From assembly GCF_006345805.1 (NCBI RefSeq), contig NC_043010.1, positions 11,532,001 to 11,596,000 of the forward strand: a DNA stretch of 64,000 nucleotides. Reading direction: 5' to 3'. The DNA comes from Octopus sinensis (lineage: Eukaryota). The notes under the pieces were generated by a model. That model was not told the DNA's origin. It worked only from the letters and a program-made list of their open reading frames with translations, and did not search any database. The position numbers were made by a program, and so were the translations under genes. Positions within the stretch are counted from its first letter, which is position 1. Every line of letters starts with the position of its first letter. Shown here in pieces: positions 1-11,380 of the stretch.

Positions 1-521
1 TGTTATCTTCAGAAATGTGAACAAAGTCACGCGTGTACTTATACCGAAGGATCGCCCTTCTTTCAGATTACCTCAGCATTTGGACGACAAAACCCCTAAT
101 ATGCATAAAAAGACGACATGGTCACGGCTGGAACGCCTTTGACCATAATAAGCCTACTCCATCAAGTCTAACAGCTACGATAACTTTCCTGGAATAAACT
201 TGAAGTTCCTGATACAACGAACTGAGGCGATTTACGCAGTTACTTCCCTTGAACCAGCTAAATCGAATTTTTTTTTTTTTGTTGCTAATTTTCCCTAAAT
301 AGAAGTTCGATGTTGCAATTCGAGACGAACAAGATTGGTTTGATTTAAAATTTGGAATTTCTGGGGCAAAGATCGGTTCTCAGGATAGTGTATGGGACAA
401 GTTTGATAGAGCTATTAGCATTCCTTTCAGTATATATTTCCACTTGTCTGAGGATTGTGCAAACAGTAATTTCCCCTCTTCTAAAGAATTTTGTCTTAGT
501 TATACTGACAACACTCAATGT

Positions 522-943
522 GGATCTTTTCGGTTTGAACGGCAGTTTTTTCTAGCGGTGTCATATGAAATTGTCACTCATAATTATAACCCTAGTATCG
601 ATCTATTGCATTTAAATCTGTTTTAGGGTTAGGGTTAGAGGTAGCGGGAAGGGTATCTTTTTTTCTTCACAAATGTAAATAAACCCAATCTGTTTCTTAA
701 ACGAGGGACATATTCATACGGGACAGAATGTTTTCACCTCAAATAGACGTCATTGATTGGTTGAAATTGCAGAAATTGAAGAAAAAAATAGAAAAACAAA
801 TATCTAACAAACTATAGAATTTTCTCAATGAAGCCAAGAGAAAAAGATGTTTTATAAACACATTCTACCAATATACGAAGTTTAAAAGTGTTTAGTTACG
901 TGGAAATCATTTTTAAAAACTGCCGGACAAACCGAAAAGATCC
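522..943. mobile_element. MITE with ~28-bp TIRs and 8-bp TSD (Merlin/Mutator-like GG..CC ends), containing TTAGGG repeats
   Basis: GGATCTTTTCGGTTTGAACGGCAGTTTT / AAAACTGCCGGACAAACCGAAAAGATCC; flanks CTCAATGT / TTCAATGT; TTAGGGTTAGGGTTAG at 623-638. Confidence 0.8.
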
Positions 944-1028
944 TTCAATGTTTCCCAAACCACTTGGGTGCTTGAATTATTTCAGAAATAATAGAAGGAT
1001 TTAATAGATACTAAATTTTTCTTAATCT

Positions 1029-1200
1029 AGGCGCAGGAGTGGCTGTGTGGTAAGTAGCTTGCTTACCAACCACATGGTTCCGGGTTCAGTCTCACTGCAT
1101 GGCATCTTGGGAAAGTGTCTTCTGCTATAGCCTCGGGCCGACCAATGCCTTGTGAGTGGATTTGGTAGACGGAAACTGAAAGAAACCTGTCGTATATAGG

Positions 1201-1256
<56 letters not shown>

Positions 1257-1465
1257 TTGTGTGTCTGTGTTCGTCTCCCTAGCATTGCTTGACAACCGAT
1301 GCTGGTGTGTTTACGTCCCCGTTACTTAGTGGTTCGGCAAAAAAGACCAATAAAATAAGTACTGGGCTTACAAAGAATAAGTCCCGGGGTTGATTTGCTC
1401 GATTAAAGGCGGTGCTCCAGCATGGCCACAGTCAAATGACTGAAACAAGTAAAAGAGAAAGAGAG
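1029..1465 (+). mobile_element. tRNA-derived SINE family A, full length, internal (TA)n(TG)n
   Basis: A-box TGGCTGTGTGG, B-box-like GGTTCAGTC, tail TGACTGAAACAAGTAAAAGAG; more than 15 copies in the window. Confidence 0.9.
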
Positions 1466-1750
1466 AAATGTTGAAAATGATATTTTCCTCACTCTGCCAT
1501 AAGGCTGATGGCTATTATTTTATTTTTTCCTTGGTAGTGTCAGGGGAGATAATGAAACTGTTTAGATTATATAAATAATAGTACGTTATTTTTAACTATT
1601 TATTTATTGAAGATTTTAAGATTACCATTGATTGAGGTTGATTATCAATCTGTACCGGAAAAGTTTCTCTTCAGGGTACCGAACTGGAAAAGCATTTATA
1701 TTTTTCTTTGCTGTTTTTTCCTTTGTTTTTTTTTTTCTTCAGTATTTTGT

Positions 1751-1969
1751 TTACTCTTTTACTCTTTTACTTGTTTCAGTCATTTGACTACGGCCATGCT
1801 GGAGCATCGCCTTTAGTCGAGCAACTCGACCCCGGGACTTATTCTTTTGTAAGCCTAGTACTTATTCTATCGGTCTCTTTTGCCGAACCGCTAAGTGACG
1901 GGGATGTAAACACACCAGCATCGGTTGTCAAGCAATGCTAGGGGGACAAACACAGACACACAAACACAT

Positions 1970-2032
<63 letters not shown>

Positions 2033-2188
2033 CGACAGGCTTCTTTCAGTTTCCGTCTACCAAATCCACTCCCAAGGCATTGGTCACCCCGGGGCTATAG
2101 CAGAAGACACTTGCCCAAGATGTCACGCAGTGGGACTGAACCCAGAACCATGTGGTTGGTTAGCAAGCTACTTACCACACAGCCACTC
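1751..2188 (-). mobile_element. SINE family A
   Basis: Reverse complement of 1029-1465. Confidence 0.9.
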
Positions 2189-2467
2189 AAGATTATTCGA
2201 CAAATTTCCCCTCCCTACGTTACCAAAGTTGTCCAAAGACAAAAGCAGGAACTGATACAGGTAAACAAAGAATGTCATCACAGGTAAACAAAGAATGCAA
2301 ATAACTAGAATTATTATTGCTGTGACAGATTTACCAAACCACCATCTTTGACTGGTGCTTTATTTTATTAATCCCAAAAGGATTAAAGAAAAAACTAACA
2401 TCAGTTGGATTTGAGGAGGAGGGGGTATTCAATATTTCAATTACATTAATTTACCTTAAGCAAAAAT

Positions 2468-2880
2468 GCACAGGTGTGGCTGTGTGGTAAGTAGCTTGCT
2501 TACCAACCACATGGTTCCGGGTTCAGTCTCATTGTGTGGCACACTGGACAAGTGTCTTCTACTATAGCTTTGGACCGACCCAATGCCTTATAAGTGGATT
2601 TGGTAGATGGAAACTGAGAGAAGCCTGTTGCATATATATATATATGTGTGTGTGTATATGTGTATATGTTTGTGTGTCTGTTTGTCTCCACCACCATCAC
2701 TTGACAACCGATGTTGGCATGTCAACGTTCCTGTAACTTAGCGGTTCGGCAAAAGCGATATCGATAAAATAAGTACTAGGCTTACATAGAATAAGTCCTG
2801 AGATCGATTTGTTTGACTAAAAGGCGATGCTCCAGCATGGCCGCAGTCAAATGACTGAAGCAAATAAAAAGAATAAAAGA
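2468..2880 (+). mobile_element. SINE family A (more diverged)
   Basis: Same head, body and tail as 1029-1465. Confidence 0.85.
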
Positions 2881-2978
2881 ATGAAAGTTGGATTTTTCAG
2901 ATCAAAATTTACAACCAAAATAAAGGCAAAGAAGAATCTCTGTTAGAATGGTTAATTGAAAGGGAGGGGGTCGATATA

Positions 2979-3380
2979 TCTTTATATATAAAAGAGAGGT
3001 TGTGCGCTGTCTGTCTCCACCAATTTAGATTCCTAACTACTCCCACATTTTGTGGTGCAGTTTAACCAAAACCGGGTATCTTATAGTCGTGATTCATATC
3101 GAGCCCTTCTGGGTATTAGCGCGCGTCTACGATGAGTCTACGATTTAAAAAAAAATTTACCATCATATTTTTCCATATTAATGCATTTTTCACTATTATA
3201 TAAGGGAAGTAACTCTCTAAAAATGTCTACGATGAGTCAACGATTAAAAAAAAAATTTACCATCATTTTTTTTCCCATTATTAATGCATTTTTTTTGCTA
3301 TTTTTTGGTTATAACTCTCTAACAATGCTTATATAGTTATTTCCCTTACAAACCCGAGCAACGCCGGGCGATACTGCTAG
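2979..3380 (+). mobile_element. Non-autonomous Helitron
   Basis: A|TC...CTAG|T insertion with no TSD; subterminal hairpin CCCGAGCAACGCCGGG; homologous to 10462, 57011 and 57313. Confidence 0.88.
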
Positions 3381-3959
3381 TACGATAAGTATAAAAAACC
3401 TCGACTTATGTACTACGTCGACGCAAGCTGGAAAAATCTAATACCACTGAATTGATGTAAGGGAAGTAACTCTTCCACAACTATTTCCACAAAATACTCC
3501 AAGACGGAAAGATAACTGCTTTCCGAAATGTTTGTCTCTAAAAGCAAAACAGCAACGGAAATTTGTTAGTGTAACAATTTAATTTTAAAAGAGACATGTA
3601 CGTTCATATATCACATATTAGAATTACGTACTGGTTTGAAAATAGGACACTAGGGAAATTTCCATTCGATTTTACATCAGAGATCACACTTCTCTCAACT
3701 TTTCCGGCTTGTGGGACGGACGTGCAGCTAAAAGCGTCACATAAACATTAACGGGAATCAATTAGTTGACTTTTAGATATTTCCCATGTTGCCTCCTTGC
3801 CTATCTTGGTCAAGGATTTTGGGCTGTTCATGAGTCTTTAGCTATTTAGCTACCTGCTCTTCTGCGGTTTGACTTGTGTGCGAAAAATATGTTATATTCT
3901 CTCTTTCTCACTTTCTCTCTCTGTCTGTCTATCAATCTACCTCTTTGACTCTCTGCTTA

Positions 3960-3968
3960 TCTATCTCA

Positions 3969-4032
<64 letters not shown>

Positions 4033-4280
4033 TTATTCATTCAGCCATCCATCACTTAGTCTATCTGTCTATTTATCTTATACACACACTACATGCAAAC
4101 ATACATGCATCCATCCATCCATCCATCCATGCATACACACATACATACATACACACACATATATACAAACATATTCAATAGGCTTCTGCACAATTCCTAT
4201 CAGGCAAATTTTTTATGTATATGTGAATTTGTCTTTACATATACATTAGCACATGCATGTGCATATGTATGTGTGTGTGC

Positions 4281-4312
<32 letters not shown>

Positions 4313-4335
4313 CATCATGTCTATGTATGTATGTA
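3960..4335. repeat. Compound microsatellite (TCTA)n/(CATC)n/(CATA)n/(TG)n
   Basis: Directly visible. Confidence 0.9.
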
Positions 4336-4356
4336 TATGCATGTTCTGTCATACAA

Positions 4357-4965
4357 TCATCATCATCCTCATCCTCATTTAGCGTCCGCTTTCCATGCTA
4401 GCATGGGTTGGACGGGTCAACTGGGGTCTGGGAAGCTGGAAGGCTTCGTCAGGCCCAGTCAGATCTGGCAGTGTTTCTACGGCTGGATGCCCTTCCTAAC
4501 GCCAACCACTCCGCAAGTGTAGTGGGTGTTTTTTACGTGCCACCGACACGGGGCCAGATAGAGCTGGCAAACGGACACGAACGGATGGTGCTTTTACGTG
4601 CCACCGACACCGGGGCCCAGCCGAGGCTGGCAACGAACACGAACGGATGGTGCTTTTACGTGCCACCGACACGGGGCCAGATAGAGCTGGCAAACGGCCA
4701 CGAACGGACGGTGCTTTTACGTGTCACCGGCACCGGGGCCCAGCCGAGGCTGGCAACGAACACGAACGGATGGTGCTTTTACGTGCCACCGACACGGGGC
4801 CAGATAGAGCTGGCAAACGGCCACGAACGGACGGTGCTTTTACGTGTCACCGGCACCGGGGCCCAGCCGAGGCTGGCAACGAACACGAACGGATGGTGCT
4901 TTTACGTGCCACCGACATGGGGCCAGACAGAACTGGCAAACGGCCACGAACGGACGGTGCTTTTC
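4357..4965 (-). mobile_element. 5'-truncated RTE LINE 3' UTR with (GAT)n tail and ~60-bp tandem array
   Basis: Same sequence as the 3' UTR attached to the RTE ORF end at 55819-55953; about 7 units anchored on TTTTACGTGCCACC. Confidence 0.8.
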
Positions 4966-5120
4966 TTTACAATGGTAAACAAAATCAGGCCAGTAGGATG
5001 AGTGAGGTTTTAGCACTTTTCAAACTGGTAAAATTATTACAAAGGGTGGCCCAAAATTGGTTTACAGTTAGGCACTTCAAATTTCTTTTAAAACATTTCA
5101 TTACAGTCACATTTCTATCA

Positions 5121-5657
5121 TAGGCACAGGAGTGGCTGTGTGGTAAGTAGCTTGCTTACCAGCCACATGGTTCTGGGTTCAGTCCCACTGCGTGGCATCT
5201 TGGGCAATTGTCTTCTGCTATAGCCTCGAGCCGACCAAAGCCTTGTGAGTGGATTTGGTAGATGGAAACTGAAAGAAGCCCATCGTATATATGTATATAT
5301 ATAGATCAATAAATGGTAGGGTTGTGTTGACCGCACGTGGAGAAATGATAAGCAAGGAAAAATTGTAAAAATGCAGAATGCTAAATTGAAGGAAAATTTT
5401 AATGCAAATGGGTATATATATATATATATATATGCGTGTGTGTGTTTGTGTGTCTGTGTTTGTCCCCCTAGCATTGCTTGACAACCGATGCTGGTGTGTT
5501 TACGTCCCCGTTACTTAGCGGTTCGGCAAAAAGAGACCGATAGAATAAGTACTGGGCTTACAAAAGAATAAGTCCCGGGGTCGAGTTGCTCGAGTAAAGG
5601 CAGTGCTCCAGCATGGCCGCAGTCAAATGACTGAAACAAGTAAAAGAGTAAAAGAGT
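5121..5657 (+). mobile_element. SINE family A with ~110-bp insertion (5303-5412) in its (TA)n tract
   Basis: Family A head and tail intact, foreign segment between the TA runs. Confidence 0.88.
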
Positions 5658-5737
5658 TACAAACTGAAAAGGAAGCTTAACACAATTAACTAAATTTGCA
5701 TAGAATAATGGCTTCATATATTTTTATAATTAAGAAC

Positions 5738-5907
5738 TCTCTTTCTCTTTTACTCTCTTTTACTTGTTTCAGTCATTTGTAAAGCCCAGTACTTATTCTA
5801 ACGGCCTCTTTTGCCGAACCGCTAATTTACAGGAACGTAAACACGCCACCGTCAGTTGTCAAGCGATGTTGATGGGACAAACACAGACACATAAATATAT
5901 ACACACA

Positions 5908-5941
<34 letters not shown>

Positions 5942-6371
5942 GTTTAGCGTCCGTTTTCCGTGCTAGCATGGGTTGGACGGTTCGACCGGGGTCTAGGAAG
6001 CCAGGAAGCTGCACCAGGCTCCAGTCTGATCTGGCAGTGTTTCTACAGCTGGATGCCCTTCCTAACGCCAACCACTCCATGAGTGTAGTGGGTGCTTTTT
6101 ACGTGCCACCGGCACAGGTGCCAGGGGAGGCTGGCAGCAGCCACGATCGGTTAGTGCTTTTTACGTGCCACTGGCACATAAATATATATAAATTTATACA
6201 TATATATGACAGGCTTCTTTCAGTTTCTGTCTACCAAATCCACTAACAAGGATTTGATCAGCCCGAGGCTATAGTAGAAGACACTTTCCCAAGTTGCCAC
6301 GCAGTAGGAATGAACCCGGAACAATGTGGTTGGTAAGCAAGCTATTTACCACACAGTCACTCCTGCGCCTA
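5738..6371 (-). mobile_element. SINE family A with nested RTE 3' end (~5907-6178)
   Basis: Family A halves flank (CAT)n-CGTTTAGCGTCCG... RTE tail sequence. Confidence 0.85.
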
Positions 6372-7331
6372 TTGATATATGAATGCGAAAAAGATAATTG
6401 AATAACTGTAAACCTACACTTGGGCCAACCTGTATATCTATGTGATTATCACAACTGTAAGCAATCATTAGATTAACTTTAAATGGAAAAGTTCTCCTTA
6501 TAGAGTAACCAATGTCTCACCATGCCAGCAGGGAGGCCTCTTTGACATCACTCGCCTTGCTAAATATAGCAGCTAAATGTGGATGCAGGCCTTACTATGC
6601 TGTTAAGTAGTTGTTTTGCAACAACATGGTTATAGAATCAGTCCCACCACTGTGTGGTACCTTAGGCAAGTGTCTTGTTTCTACTATTCTACCTAAGTCT
6701 CAGGTTGGTTGGTGTCATGCAAGAAAAATTTGGAAACTTTTGTGGACGAGTATTGTACAATGTCTGTCATACACACACACAAACACACACACCACACACA
6801 CACGCACAAACACATATAGATAGATAGAGATAGAGAGAGAGGAGAGATTGATATACGTGTGTGTGTATATATATTTATACACACACCCATACACACACCC
6901 ATACACACACACACATATATATATACACATAGAGAGAGAGACAGAGAGAGAGAGAGAGAAAAGAGAAAGAGAGAGAGAGAGAGCTATATGTATGTGTATG
7001 TACTGAAAGATAGATTGATAGACAGATAGACACCATAGATAGATAGAGAGAGAGAGAGATGCACACACATACATGTGTGTGTCTGTGTCTGTGTCTGTGT
7101 GTCTGTGAGTGTTTATAAAGCTTTCACAATATCACTCAGTGAAGGATATAGACATTGTTCAGAAGACAGAAACTATTGCTTTATGAATGAGGTCCCTTGG
7201 GATATTAGCTCTGCATTGATTTAGGCGTCCCCTTGTCATTCATACTATCAGAAGCAGAGTAACCTTGTGATGGGCCTGATGATGCTAAATTACAAAATTA
7301 CAATATTTGATATACAAATGAATATATATAA

Positions 7332-7797
7332 CTGGCTTCCGTGCCGGTGGCACGTAAAAAGCACCATCCGTACGTGGTCGATGCCAGCACCACCTTAACT
7401 GGCTTCCGTGCTGGTGGCACATAAAAAGCACCAACTGATCGCGGCCATTGCCAGCCTCCTCTGGCATCTCTGCCGGTGGCACGTAAAACTCACTATCCGT
7501 ACGTGGTCGATGCCAGCGCCGCCTTGACTGGCTTCCATGCCGGTGGCACATAAAAAGCACCAACTGATTGGGGCTGTTGCCAGCCTTCCCTGGCACCTGT
7601 GCCAGTAGCACGTAAAAAGCACCCACTACACTCATGGAGTGGTTGGAGTTAGGAAGAGCATCCAGCTGTAGAAACACTGCTAGATCAGACTGGAGCCTGG
7701 TGCAGCCTCCTGGCTTCCCAGATCCCCGGTCGAACCGTCCAACCCATGCTAGCATTGAAAGTGGACGTTAAACGATGATGATCATGACCATGATGAT
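7332..7797 (+). mobile_element. RTE LINE 3' UTR fragment with tandem units and (GAT)n tail
   Basis: GTGCCGGTGGCACGTAAAAAGCACC units, ends GGACGTTAAACGATGATGAT. Confidence 0.8.
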
Positions 7798-7964
7798 CTG
7801 CTTCAGATCATACCCTACTGTCTTCAAAATAAAATGACCTTTTTGCACCAACTACTTCTGATTGCCACTGACCATCACACTGGATGCCAAGCTTCAGCCA
7901 ATTTAGTGCTCAGGACCTATTTACTGATACCACATTTGACTTCTGTAAGTGTCTGTGACACTAC

Positions 7965-8099
7965 AGTATCTCCGGAGCTGAGCTTGCCATTCTTCAAGCC
8001 CTTCATCACCAGAACAATATTGTCATGAAACCAGCTGACAAATGCAGTGCCTTAGTGGTGTGACCAGCTGACCTCTACAAAGCTGAAGCTATGTGACAG
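7965..8099 (+). pseudogene. Degenerate Penelope-like element ORF fragment (N-terminal to RT)
   Basis: Translates SISGAELAILQALHHQNNIVMKPADKCSALVV*PADLYKAEAM*Q, resembling the PLE motif E..AL..L....IVIKPADKG.AVVV...Y..EA.RQL; two stops. Confidence 0.65.
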
Positions 8100-8491
8100 T
8101 GCCAAATTTTGGATTGTGTGTGTGTGTGTGTGTGCGTGTGTGTGTGTGTGTGTGTGGTGAGGGTGGGGTGGTTAAGTTGATTACAGTGCCCCCCAGTGAT
8201 CAACTGGTATGAAAGGATGAAAAGTCAATCACAGTGGAATTTGAACTCAGAACATAAAACCAGAAGAGATGCAACTAAATAGTTTGTCCCAGGTGCCAAT
8301 GAATCTGCCAGCTCACCACCTTAGTAATAATAATAATAATGATGATGATGATGATGATGATAATCCCTTCCACTGTAGGCATAAAGCCTGAAATTTGGAG
8401 GATGGGATTAAGTCGATTACATCGAACCAGTCTGTAACTGGTATTTATTTAATCGACCCTGAAAGGATGAAAGGCAAAGTCAACCTTCACA

Positions 8492-8523
<32 letters not shown>

Positions 8524-8887
8524 TAATAATAATAATAATAATAATAACAATAATAATAATTATTATGTGATTGTTATATGCTGTACTCAGGTGCACTAAA
8601 ACTTATTAGTATAGGGTAAAATAAGTTAAATAAAAACAGAAATTACTACTAAAATTGCATGCCTTGTATGCAGGATAGAAAGAGCCATAATGAGGAATGG
8701 ATAATTTATTCCATGCTTCAACAATTCTGGGCATGCCAATCGATTCCCTTCTTTTTAGAAATGTGAATTAAATTTTTTCAGTGCTTTTAACATTTTGATT
8801 TAAATTGACATAATTAGTTGGTTATAACCTTCATTAACATCTCACACAGAAAATTGTTGGTATTTTATTGTTTATCATGTTATAATT

Positions 8888-9177
8888 TAAGGTGTACTAG
8901 CCATCTCAATATGGCTAACCACTAAGGGTGGGTGTTACTGTAGCTTGTAGCCCCAGGAGAACATCGTCTCCAGCTGGATTTAGGCACACTTTCTGTGCCC
9001 TTTGCAAATACCATAAGGGCACTGAAAGTGTGCCTAAAGCCAGCTGGAGACGATGTTCTCCTGGGGCTACAAGCTACAGTAACACCCACCCTTAGTGGTT
9101 AGCCATATTGAGATGGCTAGTATACCTTACATTGTCGTGCAGTTACTGTTTACATCTCGTTCAGAGATTTATTATTG
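8888..9177 (+). mobile_element. Palindrome-plus-tail retro-insertion (Penelope-like terminus) with 12-bp TSD
   Basis: Arms 8888-9002 / 9015-9129 (3 mismatches), unique tail to 9177, TSD CATGTTATAATT at 8876-8887 and 9178-9189; tail recurs at ~18797-18830. Confidence 0.75.
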
Positions 9178-9469
9178 CATGTTATAATTGGAAGGATTAA
9201 AACATTGGCAGGTCTTCATTTCAGGTTTTTATGATGAAACTTATTTCATATATGGTCATGTCATTAAGCCACTACTAAAGATCATGTCTTTATGTTTGAT
9301 GCATCTAGATGAAGTCACCTTACCTTACCAAGTCAGTTCTTCAATCCATATGCCATAGACTCAGTACTGCAAGCTTGTGTTGTTTTTCTCTTGATTGTGA
9401 TGTGATCTTGTTGCTGTCTGCTCTGCTTGAGAGCCATATTTTGCCCCCCCCCCAAAGTCCATCTCCTCT

Positions 9470-9790
9470 TCACTATGCCATCGGGAACTTCGATTCCTGG
9501 TAGGGCCCACCCAAGGCGGATTAGTCTGACACCGAGTGGTATTAGGGCCACAACCCGGCAGTGTCTGTTTCGGCTACCGGCGGCTCCTTGGTCGTTCTGT
9601 CCCTGCGTCTACTGACAATCTGCAGCAAACAGGATGTCTCTATATGCGGGATTGCTGGGGACCGCTTGTGAAATCCACATATTCCCACAAAACTTCTTCC
9701 AACTTCTTCGAGATGCCTCGAGGGTGGTAGAAGAAGCCGACTCAACCTGCCCAGGGTGAATGTCGCCACAAGTACAAGTACAAGTAAGTA
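9470..9790 (+). mobile_element. Internally deleted RTE-like derivative (5'UTR-like segment joined to 3' end with (CAAGTA)n tail)
   Basis: CTATGCC...TCCTGGTAGGGCCCACCCAAGGCGG resembles recalled RTE 5' UTRs; ends CAAGTACAAGTACAAGT. Confidence 0.45.
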
Positions 9791-10005
9791 CCCGCATGTA
9801 GCCCATTCATTCCGTTTGTTTTGCATTAAATTTTGGAACACACTACATTACAAACATTAGTCTTACATTGTGATGCTACTGTTCATGATAATAAGTTGTG
9901 CCTGTCTTTTGATATCAATTTACAACTGGTGGGGAAGGCCTAAATCCTATTTAAGGCATACCAGGTGTAGCTTATATATTTGCCTGTTATTCATTTTATT
10001 ATAAA

Positions 10006-10461
10006 CTCCACCCATCTAACACCCGTGGACATATTTACAAAGTCAGAAAGCAGCACAGCTCCCATGACTTTAGGAAACATTTTTTCATGCTGAGAGTTGC
10101 TGAAGCATGGAACAAACTGCCGGCATCAGTTGTTAGTTGTCGGAGCACTGCATCCTTCAAAACTTCCATGCTTCCTGACATTCGCCAACACTACACCTGA
10201 TGTTCTCCCCTCCATACACACGCTGAAGCATGGAACAAACTGCCGGCATCAGTTGTTAGTTGTCGGAGCACTGCATCCTTCAAAACTTCCATGCTTTCTG
10301 AGATTCGCCAACACTACACCTGATCTTCTCCCCTCTATACACACACAAGCATACACTGTTCGCTTTCCAGACATTTGTACATTACTGCATACGCTTTATA
10401 CGCACTTTCTGACAAGTTGTGGTGCACCTGAGCACTGTATACAATAATTTCATTATTATTA
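10006..10461 (+). mobile_element. CR1-clade LINE 3' end with internal ~125-bp tandem duplication
   Basis: Encodes HPSNTRGHIYKVRKQHSSHDFRKHFF.LRVAEAWNKLPASVV (CR1 ORF2 C-terminus), (TAT)n tail; TSD ATTTTATTATAAA is split by a Helitron. Confidence 0.85.
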
Positions 10462-10967
10462 TCTATATATATAAAACTCTAGTTGTGTGAGTGTCTGTTC
10501 CCTTTGATTTAGATTCCTAACTCCTCCCACATTTTGCGGTGCAGTTTAACCAAATTCGGGTATCTTATAGTCGTGATTCATATCGAGCCCGTCTGACTAT
10601 TAGCGCGCGTCAACGATGAGTCTACGATTTTAAAAATAATTTAACATCATTTTTTATTCCATTTTAATGCATAAAATGCATCGTATGTCGATGGCGGCGG
10701 AGTTGGCGTCCACGCTCACAGCTGCATCTGTTTGCTTCTCCCCCTTCCCTCCCTCGTGAAGCTGTGGGGAAGGGAGTGTAAAGAAATCAACGTCGTAATG
10801 CGTTGTGAAGGAAACCAGCGTTCTTTTAGAACAACGACTTCATGGCTTGAAGACACCAAAACAAAAATGGCTAAGAAAGCCCGAATTTATAAGGGAAGTA
10901 ACTCTCTAAAAATGCTTATATAGTTATTTCCCTTACAAACCCGAGCAACGCCGGGCGATACTGCTAG
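10462..10967 (+). mobile_element. Non-autonomous Helitron with extra internal ~200-bp segment
   Basis: A|TC...CCCGAGCAACGCCGGG...CTAG|T; GC-richer segment ~10680-10885 is absent from the other copies. Confidence 0.88.
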
Positions 10968-11237
10968 TTTTATTATAAAATAAAAAGTTTTAGACTTTGG
11001 TTAATGAAAGTTTTTACAGGTTAATTGATATATTTATTGACAATATTTTGCATGTTTACTGCTCCAGCATGACCGCAGTCAAAGGGCTGAAACAAGTAAG
11101 AGAAAATTCAAAAGCGCCAGCCTTTGCTTTCACTATAGCCCTTGATTCCTTGCACCAACCATTTCTAATGCTAAAATCTGTTCACATCCTGTTTGAGCAA
11201 CCATATTTAATTAAGGGTAAGCAATAAAACAAAAGAT

Positions 11238-11380
11238 GTGGAGGCGCATGGCTTAGTGGTTAGGGTGTCAGCATCATGATTGTAAGATTGTGGTTTCGAT
11301 TCCTGGACTGGGTGACACATTGTGTTCTTGAACACTTCATTTCACATTGCTCCAGTCCACTCAGCTGGCAAATGAGTAAC
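11238..11380 (+). mobile_element. Older tRNA-derived SINE family E (head and core)
   Basis: GTGGAGGCGCATGGCTTAGTGGTTAGG...GTTTCGATTCC; related copies at ~29420-29710(-), ~34360-34590(-), ~36870-37110(+). Confidence 0.7.

Noticed and set aside
623-638. Telomere or chromosome end
   Set aside because: Fewer than three units, internal to a MITE.
1925-2287. Recurrent ORFs MSSNARGTNTDT.../MLGGQTQT... that look like a gene family
   Set aside because: Antisense translations of SINE A copies.
4408-5123. 197-aa and 158-aa repetitive ORFs, and a CRISPR-like look of the array
   Set aside because: These are tandem units of an RTE 3' UTR. The units are homologous throughout with no unique spacers, there are no cas genes, and the context is eukaryotic.
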